From NCBI RefSeq assembly GCF_018977255.1, contig NW_024704743.1, forward strand, positions 92,258,001 through 92,322,000: a DNA stretch of 64,000 nucleotides, given 5' to 3'. The notes under the pieces are model-generated. The model was not told where the DNA came from, did no database searches, and was given only the letters and a program-made list of their open reading frames with translations. The stretch comes from Callorhinchus milii. Its lineage: Eukaryota. The position numbers were made by a program, and so were the translations under genes. This document shows positions 39,826-52,770 of this stretch, piece by piece (the stretch's first letter is position 1; every line of letters begins with the position of its first letter).

Positions 39826-40157
39826 TCCTTGCATTTGATATAGCGCTTTATCATGTCTTTGAGACATCTGAACACGCGTCACAGAATATACTGTAAAGTG
39901 AATTGACCGTATATTTTATGGGTGAAACACAGAAGCCAATTTCACGCAGCAGTGTCCCACAAACAGTCTCAGATTGAGTGACCAAATTATTTTAATTTAT
40001 TTTGAAGGAATTATTACTCCCGAAAAAACTAAACGCCAATCTACTAACAACCAGGTTCCTACCTACTGCTAAGTAAACAGAGGAGTGTGGAGTAAGGAAA
40101 CTTGCCTAATGTTTCGCCCTGTCCGGCAATCAAACCCAGGTTCTCTCACTTGCGATG
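39826..40157 (-). mobile_element. SINE type A, long form
   Basis: Same extra internal segment as 11272-11642. Confidence 0.85.
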
Positions 40158-40826
40158 CGCAGATACTCTTGTTTTTTCTATATCATTCTGTCTTATACTA
40201 TGAATTGAGGAACAAGTAGAGAAAGAGTCAGGATAATTGAATCCAAGTGGCCATTTCTTCAGGGACATTGGCATTGCCCTGTCATGGGGCTGTCATCTAG
40301 CCTGGAAATGATGTTGATGTGCTGAACACCGAGTCTAAAACCAGGAGGCATATAACGTATAAGATACAAAAAACATTATCAGTGAAGATATTCCTGTGAC
40401 ATTTTACAAACGGAGTCAGAATCCTGTCATAGTTGTCAAGATTGAATAGAAGATTATGACCACTTAAGAATTCCAGTTTATGTAAATGTTAAGCACTTCT
40501 TGCTTCCAATTCAGTACAATTCAGATATATATCGCAGGTGCTTTCCTTTAAAATCTTCATTCTAAATGATGCAGAATGAAGAAATCTGCATCTGCCATGG
40601 AGCAAAGAATTCCAAGACTTTCAATACTGGCAATGCAAATTTTCACATAGTTCAAACACCCGTGGAGCTACTTGTATGGGATGCTGTTCCCTCAGGAGCA
40701 ACATGATGCACAGGTACAGTTATTTATTTTAAATGATTTGTTGGGAAAGTAGCTCATCTCTGGGTCATACTATCATATTTTGAGAGAAAGTTAATAAATT
40801 AAACTAAAATGATGGCAAGTAAATTT

Positions 40827-41102
40827 ACTCCTCTGTTTACCTAGCAGTAAGTAGGGATCTGGTTGTTTGTGGATTGGTGGATCGCTTTTCCGAGGGTAAT
40901 AATTCCTTCAAAATAAATAATAATAAATTGATCAATCAATCCACGACTTTTTGTGGGACACTGCTGTGCACAATTTGCTGCTGTATTTCACCCACAAAAT
41001 ATACAGTCAATTCACTTTACAGTATATTCTGTAAAGCACTTTGAGACATCTGGAAAACGTAATAAGGCGCTATATCAAAAAAAGGCAAGGATTATTATTA
41101 TT
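40827..41102 (+). mobile_element. 5'-truncated SINE type A, long form
   Basis: Begins 'actcctctgtttacctagcagtaagtaggg'; (att)n tail. Confidence 0.85.
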
Positions 41103-41209
41103 GAGAGTATAAGATGATCGCTTCTGAAAATGTTAAATGTTCCACAGTTTAAGGGCCAGTTCCCTCGCTTTCAAGCTGAAAAATCTGAAAAATCATCCTA
41201 TTGTAAGTA

Positions 41210-43020
41210 TAACAATAATTTACATTTATACAGCACCTTTCATATCCGGAAGATTCCTCAAAACGCTATACACAGCTAACTGGTACCAAGTTGACATGGA
41301 GGAAGGAGATTGAAGAGAAGTGTGGATAGCTGAAATTGCTGTCAAAACAATTAAGGCAAGTTTTGAAGATGGAGAGGGATGGAATTCCAGACAATAATAA
41401 TAATAATAATAATATATAATCCTTGCATTTGATATAGCGCTTTTCATGTCTGGAGGACGTCCCAAAGCGCTTCACAGAACACACTATAAAGTGAATTGAC
41501 TGTATATTTGTGGGCGAATGCGGCAGCCAATTGCGCACAGCAATGTCCCACAAGCAGTCGGAGATTGAAAATGACCAATTTTGTTATTGTTTTTTTTTTT
41601 GGAGGGATTATTATTAGGCGTGTGGAGTAAGGAAACTTGCCCAAGGTTTCGCCCTGCCTGGAATTGAACTCAGGTCTCTCACTTGCAAAGCGAGTGCTCT
41701 AACTACTGAGCTACAGGACTCCACAACCACTGAGCTACAGGACTCCACAATGGGGGCAGAATGGCTGAAAGCTCGTTCACTGTTGGTGGGGGATATGAAG
41801 CAGCTTGATGTTTATTGGGTGGAGGGTGCAGCTGGGTTAGTAGGGTCACAGAAGTAGGATGGGGTGAGGCCGTGGAAGGATTTGAAAGTAAGGATCTAGA
41901 TTTTGAATTCAATCCCTCAGTGGAGCTGAGTGAAGATGGCCTTGTGGATCCTGGTGCGGGAGAGGATGGGGGTTCTGAATGGTCTGCTGCTTGTGCAGGG
42001 AGGAGCTGGGGAGCCTGGCAAACAAGATGTTCCAGCCTGTATGTAAGGACTGTGTGAATGAGGGTGTTTGCAGCTCTGGGGAGAGATAATACAACAACAA
42101 TAAAAAAATTACATTTATATAGCGGCTTTCATGTCGGGAGAACGTCCCAAGGTGCTGGACAATCAGTGTTTTTGGACCTAAGCTGGGGATCAGGATTGGG
42201 GAGGGTGGAGGACCAGGGCGGGAAGGAGGGTGACCGAAGACACAGTTGAAGAGGAGGGTCTTGGGACTAGTCTTGAAAGAGGCAAGAGATGGAGAAAGGC
42301 AGAGGGACAGCGGGATGGATTTCCAGAGGGTGGGGGCGGAGTGACAGAAGGTCACTCTTTTTGTCACTTTGACCAAAGCTGTTTCTGTGCTGTGGGTGGC
42401 ATGGAAATCCGATTGGAGGGGTTCATGAGGGGAATGGTGGGAGAGGAAGGAGCGAAGCTTGGAAGCAATGACTCAATCCAAGACCTTGGAAAGGAAAGGG
42501 GGGTTGGAAATGGGGCAGTATTTGAAAGCAGGGATGGGTCCAGGGAGAGTTTTTTAAGGATAGGAGTGATGTCAGCTGTTTATCAAGGGATGGGAATAGT
42601 GCCAGTGGACAGGGAGAGGTTCATGATGTCTGTGAGTCGGGGGGAGGCAAGGAGGTGGGGCTTGTAAATAAGCAGAGGGGTAGGGATGGGATCGTGGGGA
42701 TCAGGTGGGCGGTTTCATGTAGGGAAGAGGGGGAGATTTTTTTCCAGGTGCGGTAGGAGATGGAGGTGGGTTGGGTGGCAGTGGGGATAGGATTTGAGGA
42801 GCTAAGGGAGATGAAGTAATGGTCAAAGATGGCTTTGTCGGTGCTGGTGAGGTCCGAGATGCTAAGACAGATAATGGATGATGTGGGTAATGATGCAGAG
42901 GTAAGAGGGCAGGCCGAGTAAGTGAGAGCCTGCATGTAGGTTTTGAATGATAATTGTGGGTCTAACAGGACACCAAGTTTCAACATTGGCTCCATAAGTG
43001 AGTGTCGATGAGGTCAGCGC
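41210..43020 (-). mobile_element. Mosaic of antisense L2 fragments with a nested SINE
   Basis: L2 tail at ~41212, resumes at 41749; second tail at ~42090; RT-proximal and endonuclease-region pieces at 42356-42870. Confidence 0.75.
41392..41748 (-). mobile_element. Full-length SINE type A with duplicated 5' 24 bp
   Basis: 'aacYactgagctacaggactccac' twice (41701-41724, 41725-41748). Confidence 0.93.
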
Positions 43021-44937
43021 CTATAGGACAATTCTAAGAATGTTTGGTAACATTTTGTTAAAAACTATTTGATACAGCCAGATGAAGAAACACTGTACTG
43101 TCTCACACTGCTCTTTCAAGATGACAGAGTAGAAACAGATGCACGTTTGCTTCTACTTTAAGGTTTGTGAATTCCGTGTGCCTAGTAACCAGTTAGTTTT
43201 CTTTCCTGTAACAACTTAATTTTCTATGAATGGTCCAGTGCATGAATACTAAAATCAGTATTCGAGAATTTGTGAGCTCAGTATTCTGCACTAGTTTGGA
43301 GGTGTACTTTTATCCTTGGCTGCTCTGACCTGTGCACTAAACAAATAGAAAGAAACAAAAGATGTGACCTGCTTAGAAATGCTATCAAATGTAAAAGTTT
43401 TCTCAGAAGGAGAAAACTGTTTGTCATAAATGTCCAGCTCTTGCACGGCTGTCAGGTAGAACCTTCAAAAGGAATACCCTTGGTACCTGACTGTCAAGAT
43501 CACTGTCTGAGACCTTCACAGTGGCTGGGCACCACTGTGATAAATTGCTTCTATATTAGTTGTCTATGGTTAAACCTTTAGTATTTTTTAAAACTAATTT
43601 GAGCCAGATGAAATGCATCAGGACCAGAGGTCTGAATTCCTGTTAGTTGAGTAACATGTTAATACGTTTCACACACATTTTTCATCATGACAAAAAAGCC
43701 AACGCCCAACCACTCGCTGGAAAAATTGTAATATAGATTTTTCATCGGGTCGGGCAATGAACTGATACCTGTAATTTCAAAAGCTCTGGGGTTGTACCAT
43801 TGCCCTTGATATCAGTCAAGGGTTAAAAACAACTCAGGCCAGTCTCTGGGGCATTGACAGCTGTTGACTTTGCTGCTCTGTGACCTCATCCCAAGTCACT
43901 AGGCTGCAGTTGATTTGGTAACATATTGTTGCTCTAAGTTTGGAAACTGGTATGAAATTGTGACTTTTGGTTTGGAACTGAAAGTTGTGATGAGATATGA
44001 GAAGAGATACTGCTAATTCTTGGTCTGAGCATTTACCATATTGAAGAATCCAGCACTGTTTCTGACTCTCAGTGGCCTAATCCATTTCTTATTCCATCAT
44101 CATCTTGGAGGAATATTGCAAACTGTCTGTATCTGTGAAATCAAGATATGCTTTATCATCTGCAATTTCTGACTTGCTATAAAGACTAAAGCTATTCTAC
44201 CTCCCAAAAGAGCCATTCTGAATTAGATCACATTGTTTCTCTGAAGGGAAAGAGACCTAGGCTAGGTTATATTAGGGTATGAGTCAGTCCAAGTGTGTCA
44301 CAGAAAGATGAGATTGTAACAAAAATATTAAAGATATAAAGAAGGGCAGATTATAAACTGGAAATTCATTAAATTTATATAAAATATGATGAGCCATCCT
44401 GGAATTTATATATTGTACATTATGTAAGTGAACTAATTTTATTTAAAGTCCTCACTAACACTAAAGCATATATTGACAGAAATATTGAAAGTATAGAATC
44501 CCATTTGGGTTCTCCAGATCCCAAAGAGCTACTACATTCATTGTCAACAATTTCCCCAAATCTCTGGTGAGGCACAACTGTATGCCTGGCATTGCATAAG
44601 CTTCTTGTGCTCATTAAAATGATAGACTGTGGTTGTCCCTGACAGACAGGGAGAAACACATTACTCAAGGGCTGCTTCCTTTAGCCCTGTCCTTTACATC
44701 ACATCAAATGCATACAATTCTGAATGCCACAACAAGCAAACAGAAAATATGGTAATCCATCCTCGAGAGCTTTCTTTCCCAATCACCGAAGTTTAAAAGT
44801 CCTTGTGGACAATTTAGAACAAATTTGTTTTAAGTAGCAGATTAGACGATTGTTCACGTTCTTTCTACAAGTTCCTACAAATTCACACACTCAATTCACC
44901 ATCAATTCACTTTCAGAAAGCTTTTGAAAGTTTCAGA

Positions 44938-45140
44938 AAGCCCGAGGCTCTGGAATTCCCTTCCTCACTCCCTTCGCCTCGCCCCCTCACTTCCTACTTT
45001 CAGGTTCCTTCTGAAGACCTTTCTTTTTGACCACGCCTTTGGTCACCTTACTCCCTCTCCCCTGGCTCGGCCCCAGGATTCATTACTGAGATTCCATCCG
45101 GGGTGGAGAGCGTTATATAAATCCAAGTTGTTGTTGATGT
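44938..45140 (+). mobile_element. L2 (lineage B) 3' end
   Basis: PRLWNSLPHSLR..FR.LLKTFLF; 'tatataaatccaagttgttg' tail. Confidence 0.88.
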
Positions 45141-45157
45141 TGATAAGGGTCCGCACC

Positions 45158-46226
45158 TAAGATTATTAGTGAAAATGAAAGCTCATGGAGTTGGAGGTAA
45201 CCTTATGACATGGCTTGGTAATTGGTTGGGAGGCAGGAAACAGATAGTAGGGATAAGGGGAACATTCTCTGATTTGCCGTACGTTACAAGTGATGTTGCT
45301 CGGAGGTCAGTACTGGGACCTTAACTTTTCGCCATATTTATGAATGATTTGGATGAAGGAGTAGAAAATTTATATCCAAGTTTGCAGACGACACTAAGAT
45401 AGGAGGCTCAGTAAATTGTGTGGATGGGAGTAGGAAGTTACAAAGGGACTTAGATAAATTAAGTGAGTGGCAAAGCTGTGGCAGATGGAGTTCAATGTAA
45501 AGAAGTGCGAGGTCATCCACTACGGATCAAAAAAAGATAAAGCAAAATATTGTAATGGGGAGAGACAAAGAACCATGGAGGAGCAAAGGTATTTGGGTGT
45601 CCATATCCACAAATCACTAAATACTAGTTCCACGGTGCAAAACATAATCAAAAAGGTGAATGGAATGTTGGCTTTTATCTCAATGGGCCACCATACCTCA
45701 GGAAAGATAATATTGGCCCTGGAGAGGGTGCAGCACAGGTTTACTAAAATGTTACTAGGCCTTGAATGATTAATTTATGATGAAAGGCTGTGTAAACTTA
45801 GATTGTATTCCCTTGAGTTTAGAAGGTTGAGAGGTGATTTGATTGAGGTGTTTAAGATGATAAAGGGATTCGATAGGGTAGATACAGAGAAGCTATTTTC
45901 TCTGGTTGGGAATCCAAAACGAGGGGCATAGTCTTAAAATTAGAACCAGGCCATTTAAGAGTGAAATAAGGAAGCACTTTTTCACTCAAAGGGTGTTAGA
46001 AACCTGGAACTCGCTCCCCTAAAAGGCTTTGGATGCTGGATCCATCCATACCTTCAAGAGTGAGGTTGATAGACTTTTGGTAGGTCAGGGTATCAAGGGA
46101 TATGGCGAAAAAGCAGGAAATTGGAATTGACAGGATTAGTTGAGGTACAGATCAGATATAATCTAATTGAATGGCGGAATAGGGTTGAAGGGCTAAATGG
46201 CTTACTCCTGTTCCTATGTTCCTATC
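45158..46226 (+). mobile_element. 5'-truncated CR1 LINE
   Basis: SKFADDTK motif ('tccaagtttgcagacgacactaag'), [24 protein letters not shown]; terminal 'gttcctatgttcctat' repeat; internal deletion near 45685. Confidence 0.95.
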
Positions 46227-46749
46227 TATTTCCACTCAGCACTCACCTGTTTCATCCTGACATTCAACCCATGCCCAAGTCAAGTTAGCACAGAAGTTTA
46301 GTTATTTGGAGCCACACAATGAGATGTTTCTAATTTCCTTTTCCTATCTTGCTCAGTAACTGGTTGTACAAGACTTCAAAAATTAAATGTAGATAATAAA
46401 ATTAAGCAGATGACAGAGAAGTTTACGTAAATGGAAATCTCAGATATATGCTGATTGAAGACTAATAAAGTATGACATCCAGGATGTTTTTTAGAACTTT
46501 AATTAACTTCAGTTAACCAGATGCCATTGTCTCATTCATGACTTAGCCTCAGCAGACATTTTCACCCTAAACTGAGTGACTGATTGAAGTCTGCTGCCTT
46601 AAGGTGTAAGGAATGTGTAGGTGTTCATGCAAAGGTAGCTAATAGAGCTTACAAATTCCTGAACTTTTCCAATTGAGACACTTTCATTTGTTAAACATCA
46701 GCAAAACTTCTGCTTGGCTCTGGTCATTGCCTTCTGATCTCAGCATTAA

Positions 46750-47235
46750 TCTGTATGGCTGCACACTTCATCTCACAGCACCTCATTGTGCTGTTTGACA
46801 CTCAACCATCCATTAAAGCCTACATTCAGTCTCTCACACACTTGGCATTCCCTCACCTCTACAACATACCTTGCCTCCGCCATTACCCCTCCCCTTGGGC
46901 TGTGAGACCCTCATTCGCTCCTTCATTATGTTCAGGCCACACTATTCAAATACACTGCTCACCCCAGCTCCTCCCTACACAAGATGCAGACCAACATGTC
47001 CCCTGCTTATCCTTTCCCACCATCGGTGGATGTATTTCAGTGACTGCATTCCAGGTCTCTGGAATCCCAAATTTCGGAATCCCTCCCTTTAAACCCCACC
47101 TTAAGACCTTCCCTTTTGGCTTCACTTTTACTCACCTCCCCCGTTACCCCCCACACCAGCTACCCCCACCCCCAGCTGGTGCTCCAATCAGCTTGGAAAG
47201 GTGAACATCCTTCCATGAAAGGTGCTATATATTAT
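46750..47235 (+). mobile_element. Degenerate L2 3' fragment
   Basis: VLFDTQ.S, FKPHLKTF remnants and a degenerate tail. Confidence 0.7.
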
Positions 47236-48129
47236 GTAGAATCAATCATTGTAACATTGTTATTGTTGACTGTGGACTGATCCTTTCAAACCAAACTGAT
47301 GACACATTGCCTGTCCGCTCGCATGTTTACCTGTTGCCAAGGGCATTGTCGAGTGACCAGACTGTGTTGGTGATGTGATACAGATGAACATTAAGTGTTA
47401 TTTAATATGTAATTGTAAATTATGATCCTTGAAAGCCATTTATAGGAGTGAATAAGTTGGATCAATGACTCTGATAATTTACTGTAGCAGATAGAGGGTA
47501 TGTGTACCACAGGGGAGGGAAATGTGACCTGTGATATGATAATAAACAAACAAGATAATCGGAAGCAATCAATAGTTAGCCTCAGCACAATCCAACATCC
47601 GGGGAACTTTCTCCCTCAATTCTGCTACCAATCATGGAGACCAGCTAAACACAAGAGACTGATTTAATTCAGTCATATCCTATAAAGTAGCACTCAAATG
47701 TTGTCTGCAGGAATTGAAGGAACTCTAGATGGCACTGTTTTTTTACAAAACCACAAGGAGCGATCTAATGTGTGGAAGTCGGGGGTGGTGGGGGTTGGGG
47801 TTGGGGGTGGAAGGAGCAATAACCACGGCAAATTCTCCAGGAATGTTTTTTTAAATTTGCACCTTTCAGAATGTGATCACTTCAAATGCGTTATGAAAGA
47901 GCTGCAGATTTCACCTCTATGATTATATCATTCATTAAGTGTTTGTAAACAAATGAGAGAAGGTTTTTCTTAAAGACAATTACTTTTTATCATGAATTTC
48001 GAATAAAAATAAATGTTTACACGGTGATTAAATTAACAAATCTCACGGTTGATCATAGAAGAGATGTGATGCCTGGTTCAATTTCTAGGTTATGTATTCC
48101 AGTTCGAATTTTTTCATGTTCCTTGTCTA

Positions 48130-48580
48130 TGTTCTAGGCGAACTTGGCAGCCAATTTGTACACAGTAATGTCCCACAAACAGTGAATGATCAATTTTATC
48201 TGGGGGTTTGTTGGCCGAGACACTGGGAGAAACAACTGTTTGTGGGACACTGCTGTGCGTAATTGGCTGCAGCGTTTCGTCTGCAAAACACATTCACTAC
48301 AGTTTACATTATATTCTGTGAAGTCCTCTAAGATGTCTCAAAGATATGATAAGGTACTATATAAAATGCAAGGATTGTTATTATTATTAAACTTCCTTCT
48401 CTTTTCGAATAGTGCCACGGGATCTTTGATGTCCACCTGAACAGGCAGAGAGGACTTTGGTTTAACGTTTCATCCGAAGGCAGCTCCAACAAAACAGCAC
48501 ATCTCTTTCATTGATTTCAAATGTCAGCTTCGACAATGAGTTCAAAGTCCCGATCATCTCACTCAGATATGAGACGAGAC
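48130..48580 (-). mobile_element. Deu-domain SINE interrupted by a forward truncated SINE (48232-48388)
   Basis: Antisense Deu sequence resumes at 48389; short 'aaac' duplication at the junctions. Confidence 0.8.
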
Positions 48581-49728
48581 CAACGAGAAAGGTGCTATAT
48601 TAAATGTAAGAATTATTTCACCCCCTTTGATCTTTGAGTCAGTGTCGTATGATGGCTTATCTTTCAATAAACTACTGTTCAATAATGTTTGTTATCTGGT
48701 TGCATTACAATATTATGTTTCACATAATGTGACATCACTTTAGCACTTCCTGAGCATTAGAGGATCAGACAACACGGACCAGAAGCAACTACAAATAAAC
48801 ACGTTCAGAATACATCATGTGCATTTTGTATAAACTGTCCATGACCTCATTAATATGGATGAGCATATTGATATTCTTGGGCTTTGGAAACCTGGCTCTC
48901 CTCCCATCCCCATCGTTGAAGCCTCCCCTCCTGGCTACACTTTTCAGCATCACCCCCACCCCAACCAACGTGGTGGTGGGGTGGCCCTCATTTCCCAAGC
49001 TTCCCTTGGCCTATCCCTCTATTCCTCTGGCTGTTTCTCCTCCTTTGAGCACCTCAGCCTCGACCATCCCTCCTCTCTCTCCCTCAAAATTCTCCTAGTT
49101 CACCGCCCCCACCCAAACCTCCTGGCTCCTTCCTCACTGATATCTCCTCTCCCCTCTCACCCCTGTCCCTCTGCAATGAACACCTGCTCATAGTGGATGA
49201 TTTCAACTTCCACCTAAATTCCCCTTGAACCACATCCTCAGATTTCATTGCCCTCCTCTCCTCCATAAACCTCACCCACCACATCAACTCGCCGACCCAC
49301 AACCATGGCCACCCACTCGACGTCTTCATCACACATGGCCTTGACATTTCCGACCTGTCTATCATGAACAAGGCTATCACGGACCACTTCCTCATCTCCC
49401 TCTCCTCGTGCATCCCCTTCCCCTCTTCCAAGCCCTCCACCATTTGTTTTCTGTCAGTGGATAAAGCCTCCCCCTGAGTCTCTCACAAGTGCCCTCTCCT
49501 CCTCGGACCTCCTCTCCCTCTAGCCCTCCACCTGCAGTGAGCCTGATGCAGCCAGCAAGCTGCTGAATGACCATCTCTCCACAGGCTCCCTCTGCCTCCT
49601 CGATTTCTCTGCCGCATTCAACAGAGTCGACCACGCCTTCCTCCTCCACCGTCTTTCCTCTCTCATCCACCTTCATGGGACCGCACTTGCATGGTTTGAG
49701 TCCTACTTAACCAACTGCCTCCCTTTCA

Positions 49729-50443
49729 ACAACAACAAGATTCCATTTATAAAGCGCCTTTCACGTCAGGAGGACGTCCCAAGGCGCTGCACAGTTGGGT
49801 CATGACCCGAGCAGGGGGGAAATGGTCAGGGTGAGGGGAGGGAAGGGAGGGAGCGAGGAGGGGGAAGAGAGTCAAGAGGGGAGCTGAAGGCACGGTCAAA
49901 GAGAAAGGTTTTGAGACCGGCCTTGAAGGAGGAAAGGGAGGAAGCAAGGCGAAGGCACTGGGGGATAGAGTTCCAGAGCCTGGGGGCTGAGAGACTGAAG
50001 GCCCGACCACCGATGGTAGGGCGGTTGGGGCGGGGGACGTGGAGCAGACCGGAGCCAGAGGAACGGAGGGTACGGGCAGGTAGGTAGGGGATAGTAGGTT
50101 GGAGAGGTAGGAGGGAGCGAGGCCGTGAATGGCCTTGTAGGTGAGGATGAGGATCTTGAAATCAATCCTCTGGGGGATGGGGAGCCAGTGGAGGCGAGCG
50201 AGGGTGGGAGTGATGTGGTCCCGAAGCCTGGTGCGGGACAGTACATGAGCTGCAGAGTTCTGAATGACCTGCAGCTTGTGGAGGGAGGTGGCGGGAAGGC
50301 CGGCGAGGAGAGAGTTCCCATAGTCCAGCCTTGAGGTGACAAAGGCGTGAACTAGGGTTTCAGCAGCGTGAGGGGTGAGGTAATGCCGTAGTCTGGCGAT
50401 GTTCCAGAGGTGATGGAAGGCGGTGCCAGTTGTGGTGCGGATG
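49729..50443 (-). mobile_element. Young 5'-truncated L2 (lineage A)
   Basis: Nearly identical reverse complement of ~36816-37535; 13-bp TSD tgcctccctttca (49716-49728, 50463-50475). Confidence 0.96.
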
Positions 50444-50636
50444 CGGTTGTTGTTGTTGTTGTTGCCTCCCTTTCATCTTGGCAAATGGTCTCACCTCCCT
50501 CCCCCACCCGGTCAGCTGCGGGTACCTAGGGCTCCATACTTTGCCCTCTTCTTTTCCTAATCTATATGCTCCTTCTGGGTGATGTCATCCACAGACATGG
50601 GGTAAACTTGACACGCAAATCTACTTTGCTTCCTCC

Positions 50637-50873
50637 AACAACAACAAGATTTCATTTAGGAGGGGGTAGAGAGTCGAGAGGGGAGCTGAAGGCACGGTCG
50701 AAGAGAAAGGTTTTGAGACCGGCCTTGAAGGTGGAAAGGGAGGAAGCAAGGTGAAGGCACTGGGGGATAGAGTTCCAGAGCCTAGGGGCTGAGAGGCTGA
50801 AGGCCCGGCCACCGATGGTAGGGTGGTTAGGGTGAGGGATGTGGAGCAGACCCGAGCCAGAGGAACGGAGGGT
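50637..50873 (-). mobile_element. L2 (lineage A) 3' fragment with the stem-loop deleted
   Basis: (caa)n tail joined directly to 'ggagggggtagagagtcgagagg'. Confidence 0.88.
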
Positions 50874-50874
50874 A

Positions 50875-51107
50875 AGCGAGAGACCTGAGTTCAATTCCAG
50901 GCAGGGCGAAACCTTGGGCAAGTTTTCTTACTCCACACGCCTAATAATAATCCCTCCAAAACCAAAAACAATAATAAATTGGTCATTTTCAATCTACGAC
51001 TGTCTGTGTGGACATTGCTGTGCGCAATTGGCTGCCGTGTTCTCCCACAAATATACAGTCAATTCACTTTACAGTGTGTTCTGTGAAGCGCTTTGGGACG
51101 TCCTCCA
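50875..51107 (+). mobile_element. SINE type A truncated at both ends
   Basis: Lacks the A box and stops in the middle of the stem-loop. Confidence 0.9.
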
Positions 51108-51478
51108 GATGTTAGTAGGGTAGAAATATTGGAGATGAAGGTGGGAGAGGTTTTAGGGGGCCGGTAGAGGAGGAGGATTTTGAGTGAGAGATAGAAGAGG
51201 TGGGAGAGGGTGAGGTGCTCAAAAGAGGGGAAAGACCCAGAGGAGTAGGAGGATAGGGCAAGTTGTGTCCTTGAGATAAGGGCTACACCATCGCCACGGC
51301 GGTTGGGGCGAGGGATGTGGTGGGAGGTGTATCCAGGTGGTGTGGCCTCCATGTGGGGGAAGGCGTCGCCTGGGGTGAGCCAGGTTTCCATTAAGGCCAT
51401 GATGTCAACGCTCTCATCAAGGATGAGATTGTTGATGACCAGGGCCTTGTTACAGAGGGAGCGGACGTTTTGTAGTCC
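51105..51478 (-). mobile_element. L2 ORF2 N-terminal APE endonuclease fragment
   Basis: GLQNVRSLCNK...DIMALMETWL...PPGY...RGDGVAL...LLYRPPK. Confidence 0.92.
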
Positions 51479-52679
51479 GGTACTAACTCCAGGTCCGCCG
51501 ATGTTCTATCAGCTGTCTGTCAGACATTAGGGCCTGCAGCTGAATGTAGACAAGACTGAAGCCATACTCCTTGGCTCCCAAAAACGACTTCACTCCTGTG
51601 GATCTGAACTCCTCAACCTCCCTGGGCTCTCCCTCAGACTCACCGAACCATTGCGCAATCTAAGTATCTGGTTCGACCCCCAGCTGTACTTCTTCCCTCA
51701 CATCCAGTCCCTGACCAGGACCACCTTCCTCCACCTCCGCCAGATTGTCCGCCTCTGACCGTACCTTACTCCAAATGCAGGCAAAACCCTCCTGCCTGGA
51801 TTATTCAAACACACTCCTCGCTGGTCTCCCCAGCTCCACTGTTTAAAAAATCCAGCTCATTCAGTACTCTGTCGCCTGCATACTTACCTGCACCAATTTC
51901 ACCATATTTGGCCAGGCTCCACCGGCTCCCCATCACTGAACGGATCGACCAAGATCCTCACACTTGTGTTCAAATCCCTTCATTGACTGGCATGTCCCTA
52001 ACTCCCTGACACTCTCAATGCCCAATCCACCACCCGTCTCCTCCACTCTACTGGCACAGGCCTCCTGCTTGTCCCTTGTATTCTCCGCTTCACCATTCGA
52101 GGTTGCGCTTTCAGCCACTATGCCCCAAAACTTTGGAACATTCTCCCTCAATCCCTCTGCCTTGCCCTTTCTCTCCCCTTTTTCAAGTCTCACCTTAAAA
52201 CCTTCCTTTTTGACTGTGCTTATGGTCACCTCTCCCCACTTATGGCGATTGTTTCTCCACTGGATTTAATCTCATAAGTATCATTTATATATAAGCACAT
52301 CAAAACAAACATCTAAATATCCTGTGACATGTTTTGTGAAGTGACATAATGAGCAATGACACAAGATAAAAACAAGCGGATATTGCTCATAAATACTACA
52401 TTTCTTTGTGCCTTTAGTTCCTTAAGAATGCTTTCACTTCATTCGAGGGCATGTCAATTTGCAAAACCCCCTGAAGATGCCTGGAAGGGGAGAAGGTTTT
52501 TGGAGCAATAGGAGATTAACATCTGGAGTTCAACTCGAGAACTCAAATCACCTCACAAATCCCCAAACCTCTCAATCAGGTAAGACAATGAAAAACAAGT
52601 ACCATACAGAGTACTGTTTCATTGGTTCAAAAACGAAGGTTAAGGACTTCAATGTGTATGGACCCTTAACCAAGATACA

Positions 52680-52770
52680 AACAACAACAACAACAACAAG
52701 ATTCCATTTATTGAGCGCCTTTCACGTCGGGAGGACGTCCCAAGGCGCTGTACAGTTGGGTCAGGACCTG
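52680..52770 (-). mobile_element. Short L2 (lineage A) 3' end
   Basis: (caa)n tail plus intact stem-loop. Confidence 0.9.

Larger units (their letters stand above)
48845..52270 (+). mobile_element. Old internally deleted L2 (endonuclease plus RT fragments) with two nested insertions
   Basis: ASPPGYTFQHHPHPNQRGGGVAL and VDDFNFH (APE endonuclease); RT sequence continues colinearly across 49729-50462 and 50637-51478. Confidence 0.8.

Noticed and set aside
39841..39870. atgtc/gacat stem variant as compensatory evolution
   Set aside because: Both changes are CpG-to-TpG/CpA transitions, which methylation decay can explain.
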